A program made the position numbers and the translations under genes. A model generated the notes under the pieces. That model had not been told where the DNA came from. It did not search any database and saw only the letters and a list, made by a program, of their open reading frames with translations. DNA of 64,000 bases, taken from contig OZ024748.1 in NCBI GenBank assembly GCA_964016885.1, positions 34,782,001 to 34,846,000 on the forward strand, given 5' to 3'. The DNA comes from Eledone cirrhosa (taxonomy: Eukaryota). Shown in pieces: positions 56,867 to 64,000 of the stretch (the first letter of the stretch is position 1; each line of letters starts with the position of its first letter).

Positions 56867-59800
56867 CCTTGAATCTCAGTCATTGATGTTGGTTAACTGG
56901 AAAGTCCGTTGGATTGAATATCAGGCCACTACCTGCAGCCTCAGATATTCAGGACGTATCGGAGGGTTCTTGCTGTTCCAAGCAAGCATGCCTTTTGAAG
57001 CGTTCCAAAAAGCGTGAAGGGGCCGATTTTCTTTAACCATCCCTGGAAACTTTTGGAGATAGTACCTAGTGCGCCTATGACAATCGGGATCACTTTGACT
57101 TCATGGCAGTTCCAAATCCTTTTCACCTCCCACTTTAGGTCCTGGTATCGGTTAATTTTCTCCCTCTCCTTCTCTTGCACTCTCGTGTCGAACGGGCAGG
57201 CCACATCCACAATCAGGCACGATCTTTTTTCTTTGTCCACAACCACCAGGTCAGGTCTATTGTGTTCTAGTTTTTTGTCCGTCTGTATCCTAAAATCCCA
57301 CAGCACCTTCACCTGATTGTTCTCCATCACCGCCTCTGGCCTATGCTCATACCATTTCTCAGAATGTGGTAGATTGTTTACTTTGCACAGGTGCCAGTGG
57401 ATCACCCTGCCCATCACATCGTGTCTCCAGCCCTTATAGTGGGTCTGGGCTAGGTGTTTACACTCGGACACAATGTGAGCCACAGTCTCCTCTCTCTCTC
57501 CACAGATCCTGCACAGTGGGCTAGCCTCCTCCTTGTAGATATGGTGCTTCAACCACTTCGTTTTGAGGGCCTGCTCCTGCGCAGCCATTAGCATTCCTTC
57601 TGTAGCCTTTTTGAGGTCTCCTCTTCTCAACCAGTTCCATGTCTGTGGATCTCTAAATTCAGTTTTCTCAAAGAAGGTACTATGAAGGGATTTTCCCTTA
57701 AGGCTGCTCTTCCTCCTTGATGTTATTTCCTCCCTGGACATCCCCTGGCCTACTGTCCCCTCCTTCAGTACAGTTCTGAGCATTGGCTCCTTACTATAGG
57801 TCACGTATTTGTATAGGTTGTTTTTCTCCATCTGAACACAGTCCTCTATGCTGATAAGACCTCTTCCACCCTCAGATCTCCTTAGGTAGAGTCTATCGAC
57901 ATCACTCCTCTTGTGGAACATGTTGTAGATAGTCAATAGCTTCCTAGTCTTCCTATCCATTTCTTTTTGTTCAGCAACATTCCATCTCAGAATTCCCGCA
58001 CTGTACCTAATAATAGACACAGCTCGGGAATTTACTGCGCTTATGGCATTTCTGCTGTTCAGATGTGACTTCAATACGCTCCTTACTCTCCGAATGTATT
58101 CAGTTCTTAACAATTCCTTCATTTTTTTGTTCTTTATGCCATCAGCCTCCAGAACGCCCAAATACTTGTATCCTTCCTCAGAGTCAATTTCCTTTATCAT
58201 CTCACCTGTTGGTATCTGGATCCCGTTACTTCTGCTCAACCTACCCCTCTTCATCACAATGACTCCACATTTACCAATACCAAACTGCATACATATATCA
58301 CTGCTGAAAATACGGACAGTGTCAACAAGCACATCCAACTCCTTCTCACTTTTCCCGAAGAGCTTAAGATCGTCCATGAAGAGGAGGTGATTGATGGTAA
58401 GCTCTCCCCTTCCCAACTTGTATCCTGCTCTCACTTTTCGCAGCATAATGGTCAAGGGCATCAGGGCAAGGACAAACAACAGAGGGGACAGGCTATCTCC
58501 CTGGAAGATACCTCTCTTGATCTTCACGCTTCCCAAGGATACTCCAGTTGATGTCAACTCTGTCTCCCAGGACCCCATACTCCTGCCTAGCAACTGTCTG
58601 ATGTTATCTGCCACCCTGAAGATCTCCAGGCTTTTGGTGATCCAGGAATGAGGCACCATGTCAAATGCCTTTCTGTAGTCTATCCATCCCATGGCAAGAT
58701 CAGTGTGTCTCCTCCTGCAATTCCCCATTACCATCTTATCAATAAGCAACTGGTCCTTTGTACCACGTGACTTCTTTCGGCATCCTTTCTGTTCGTCCGG
58801 TAACAAGTTGTTTGTGTGGAGGTGATGGTAGATTTCCTCAGACACAATGCTCGTCAACAGTTTCCACATTACGGGCAGACATGTGATAGGTCTATAGTTG
58901 GTAGCATCATTACCCTTGATTCGGTCTTTCATTATCAGAACTGTGGTACCTTTTGTCAACCACTCTGGCACCTCACCCGACATCAAGCAGTCATTGAACA
59001 TGGCCGTCAGCTTCGGGTGGAGGGATGTTAAATGTTTAATCCAATACCCCTGCACACCATCTGGGCCTGGTGATTTCCAGTTGGTTAGTTTTTTGGCTTG
59101 CCCCTTAAGAGTTTCAACTGTGATACTCAAATCAGTCTGTTGCTGTGCCTGCTCACCGATCTCCCTCTGTACTGTCTCAATCCACCCTGCCTGGGCATTG
59201 TGTCTAACATCCTGCTCCCATATTCCTCTCCAGAATGTTTTAGTTTGTTCCGCCCCAGGGATCAAGTCGTTGCCTCTTTCTTTGCCCTCAAGCTGTCCAA
59301 ACAGCATCTTCTGGTTGTTGTCGAACATGCGGTTCTGTTTATACTGACTGACTATGTTCTCGTATCGCCTGATTTTTGCACTCTTTGCTACAATGCGTTG
59401 CTTTAATTCCTCTATGATAATATTTAGCTTTTTACTCCTAGTTTTGTATTTTATTTCCAGTCTATTTTTAGTGTCTATGTTTTTTAGTGTCCCATTCAGT
59501 AGTGACTCAAGCTTTCCTATGTCATTTCTCATTTCCCCGATTTGCCCACTCAGTCGCTTCTTCCACCACGGCTCTGCTCTTTCTTGTCTGTTGTTTCCTC
59601 TCGCTTTTATACCAAGTAGTTTCCTCACCGTATTTGCTGTTGCTCTAAGGATATTGTTGCACTGGTGAAGGCTCCTCGCCTCAAGGTATGGGATGACTTT
59701 GTTTACCTTAGCTGTTGTTTCTTTTAACTTTTTCCTGTCTACAAATCTTAGGTTCATAGGTCTCCCACTATCATTGTTCAATTCATCTACCACTAAATTT

Positions 59801-61356
59801 AGGATGTCAACCGAATCTTGTCCTAGCCCGTCAGCATTCATCTCCTCAGTGGCCGTATCTCTGTTCCAGGTATTATTTATCTCAGTATTCAGATCATTGT
59901 CTGCTTCGGGTGGTTCCTCCGTTCTCAGGACCTCCTCACCTTCATTTCCCACCGGCTCGCTTGTCTGGCATACTACACCCGCCATCTCCAAGCCATTCTC
60001 TCTGCTCAGTTCCTCCAGTTCCAGCTCGCTTATCCACCCATTAGTTCTTATTACCCGAGCCTACCCGGCCAATTTTTGTTCATCTAATTTAAATAAACCA
60101 ATCTCGTTCCAGATGTTATGCATCCGTCTCCTGTAGCCCCTCTCCTTGGGGTTACTTTTCAGGTAGCATTGCATAACAGTTCTATTCAATTCTTTCGTCC
60201 AGTTGGTTCTGGCCCCTTTCCTTCTTCTCCTTCCTCCAACATCAGCAGTATTTGGTTGACAGTCAGGTTCCTGCTGCTGAGCCAGGGGGCACCTGTTGGG
60301 TGAGAGTCTGTCACATGACGTTCTAGTCTCCATTTCACCGTTATTCGAACTGTTTATGTTCGATATTTAAACACTCTTATCGAGGATTGGCGAATGTATG
60401 TTTACATAGCCATCTGTGGATCCGCCATCCCACTTGGCCCTTGTGTGGCATTATCACCACGCTGTATACGAACACACATAAACAAACAAACACACAGGCA
60501 GAAAGGGCCCCAAAAATGAATAAGCATAAGTTTCATTGTAATGTAGTGTTCGAATGTCTGACTTAGTTTTAGTTTTTTAAGTTTTACTTTTTCCCCCCTC
60601 TTCTCTGTCCGTCCGCCTGCTTCTCTCTTCATTCTTATTTTCTTTACGTTTTTGGGGTTTCTTTTTTTGTTTTTGTTTTTCTCTGTTTGTTTTTCTCGGT
60701 TTTTGCTGTTGTTGCTGTGCTGCTTTGGTTTTGTTGTTTGTTTTTTCTTTTTTCTTTTGAGTCTATCTATATATTTTGATGCCTTCCTCTTTGTTAGTAG
60801 TAGGAATTCTATAATGTGGAAGTAGCAGCCAGCAGGGGGAAGTGGGAGACTGGCGGCGGTAGCGATACTGAGACAGTGGTGGTGGTGATGTCGATACCGA
60901 GGCAGTGGTGGCGGTGATGTGACCGTATTACTGTAGTGATGGTGCTGTAGCGGTGGCAGTAGTGAAGGAGTCAAGGGGTGGTGGCGGCGGTGATGGGATA
61001 GTGGTGGTAATGATGGCCGTAGTGAGCGGTGGCGGTGAAGGTGAAAATGTCGTTATCTGGCTGTTGTGTTTAGTGTACACAGATGATGGGGTGGGTGGTG
61101 TATCTAGTTTCTGGTGTTGGTGAGTTTAGCTGTCCTATATAGTGTAGCCAGAGGAGAGGAGGGGGGGGTTCTTCTTCCATTTATAGCCATTTTCTTTTTT
61201 AGATATACAGTGTACAATACAAAGTTGAATATTTGAATATTTGAGCCTTATAACAATATATTTTGGGTCCGAATTTTTTGGGGCTCAAGCCGGGTGCTTT
61301 ACGTAGCATTTGTACTAAGAGTTGTTATTTCACAAATGATTTAAATATGTTAAAAA

Positions 61357-61357
<1 letters not shown>
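56867..61357 (-). mobile_element. R4/Dong-clade non-LTR retrotransposon, apparently full-length
   Basis: RT-RLE ORF; flanked by (TTA)n at 56834-56866 and 61358-61414; 5' boundary inferred. Confidence 0.88.
56941..60333 (-). CDS. RT plus CCHC plus restriction-like endonuclease ORF (1131 codons) with one in-frame TAG at 60061-60063
   Basis: KSPGPDG, NYRPITCL, IDYRKAFD, GIFQGDSLSP, FMDDLK, YKYLG, CRIC...H...C, RHD, RPDL...D...K; ORFs 60061-60333 and 56941-59991 share one frame. Confidence 0.95.
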
Positions 61358-61415
<58 letters not shown>

Positions 61416-62269
61416 AAAGGGTACAGAGAATAATATTCTAGGGTCGTGTGCTAATTTTAGGTAACAGATGAGTATATAAGGAGAGTAAAGTGAATAAATA
61501 CATAAATAAAAACATAAATATAATACAGTCATGCCCAGGGTGGTAATTGTGGGAGTAAAACCGGAAGTAAATAAAAGCATATCGAAGGAATCAAAATACA
61601 GAAGAAATAAAAGATCAAGGTGTAGCAAATAAACAATAGATAAGACGGTTAGAGAATACATGGTTATAAATATAGGATGGAAGAGTTGGGGTGGTATCAG
61701 GTGATACTTAGTGTAGGTTCGAGTCTTAATTTTCAATGTGAATCCCAAAACGTTGAAATATAGGATAGAGAACTCAGTCAATACAATACAGGGTATAAAG
61801 AATATGTTGATTTTTTAAAGAATCTATGAAGTCTGACGGAGTTTGAGTGTTCCTGACAGGGAAGCAGCCATGCATGGTCCGAGTGGGCGGTAGACATAGC
61901 TTAATGCAGCCATGGTGGTGGTGGTGATGGTGGTGGTGGTTATGATGGTGGTGGTGGTGGTGGTGGTGATGGTGGTGGTGTAGTTTTGGTTAGTGGTGAT
62001 GATATTGTTGTTGCTGTTGTTGTCGTGGAAGCGGTTGTTGATGTTGGTGGCGGTGGTGTGGTGATATTTGTTCTGATAGTTTTGGTATTGGAGTTGTTTA
62101 TACCTGAGTCCCGATTCAGTAGCCCTATGATGAAAAGCGCTCCAGCAGTGGCCATCTCATCTTGCTACGAGATACGTATGTTTTAAACTACGGTAACTAA
62201 TGTGCCCAGTTTTTCAAGATGAAATATAAAAATTCTTGAAAGTTTAAAGGACTTAGGAAGGTTGTTGTT

Positions 62270-62425
62270 GCTTTACCGCTTCTTTTTAGAGCCGGTTGCT
62301 GTCGAAACCTCTGGTATCGTTAGAGACCGAACAACATCCCACCTTAGAAAGAAGTCCTGGGAGTGGAGTGGTTGATGCAACGGGTGTCGCTGGCTGCTCT
62401 CCGTGGCGAAACTTTCGTCAGTTTG
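62270..62425 (+). pseudogene. CRE-clade non-LTR C-terminal remnant
   Basis: PVAVETSG followed, after a frame change, by EWLMQRVSLAALRG. Confidence 0.55.
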
Positions 62426-62879
62426 TCCCCCCCCCCTCACACACTCTCTCAGGCACACAACTTGTGTGAGTCTGTGTGTGTGTATGAGTGTGTAAGAATG
62501 TGTGCATACTTGAGAAAGTGTGATATATATATATTGAAAGGATATATACATATATGGTGGCTGCCAACTCGTTTTCGAGTACGGCCACTACTTCATATCC
62601 ATGTAGGAGAACCCCTACTGATGCGCTGAACGAGTGTGACTTTTTAGTCCCGCCAGCGACTTGAAAATTCTGGTACAAACACTGCACTTGTGACAATTAT
62701 TGACACATATTGCTGGGCCCATGGTACCATGTCACGACAAGTGCAGAGAGATCTCCAGATATATAGCAATGCCTGTGCCGTGAAGCTTTTATAGTGAGCA
62801 AAGGCACTGCACAAAGCCAGTCCAACTCTCTTAACCAAGATGATATTTACCAAAAAGAAGAACAAGTCAACATCATTGG

Positions 62880-63905
<1,026 letters not shown>

Positions 63906-64000
63906 TACTGAAACTCTGTGATTGTGTGCAATTCCCCCTCTCTCACTAGACCACCAACTTCACACCCTCTCTCTATATCTCACTCGCTCTTACAATTCCC

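Noticed and set aside
60334-60480. Possible HDV-like ribozyme in the R4/Dong 5' UTR
   Set aside because: GC-rich and contains TCCTCG, but I could not build the P1/P2/P3 pseudoknot by eye

Overview
AT-rich, microsatellite-saturated metazoan DNA with no recognisable host exon. The SINE type and (TA)n/(CA)n density suggest an octopod cephalopod, which is an inference. Nearly everything is mobile DNA. It holds one near-intact GC-rich Ty3/Gypsy LTR retrotransposon (1574-5777, 5-bp TSD, -1 frameshift, no canonical tRNA PBS) and eight ORF-bearing Penelope-like elements (2 Neptune-type, 6 Nematis-type) sitting in or next to (TA)n, several with inverted pseudo-LTRs. There is also a near-intact R4/Dong LINE in a (TTA)n tail, CR1 and CRE remnants, a non-autonomous Helitron carrying a 93-bp SINE-derived array, a 79-bp Tc1/mariner MITE and tRNA-type SINEs. 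Beyond the ORF track, about 20 type-I hammerhead ribozyme motifs from about 10 sequence families can be read by eye. These include U3-A8 core variants, ~90-nt stem-II variants, and short non-coding palindromic ribozyme elements whose fold-back points lie in or next to the ribozyme. A tandem pair of ~200-nt rod-like RNAs (55760-56267, minus strand) with compensatory base changes and box C/D-like ends is the least explained signal. All structures were read by eye and none was computed.
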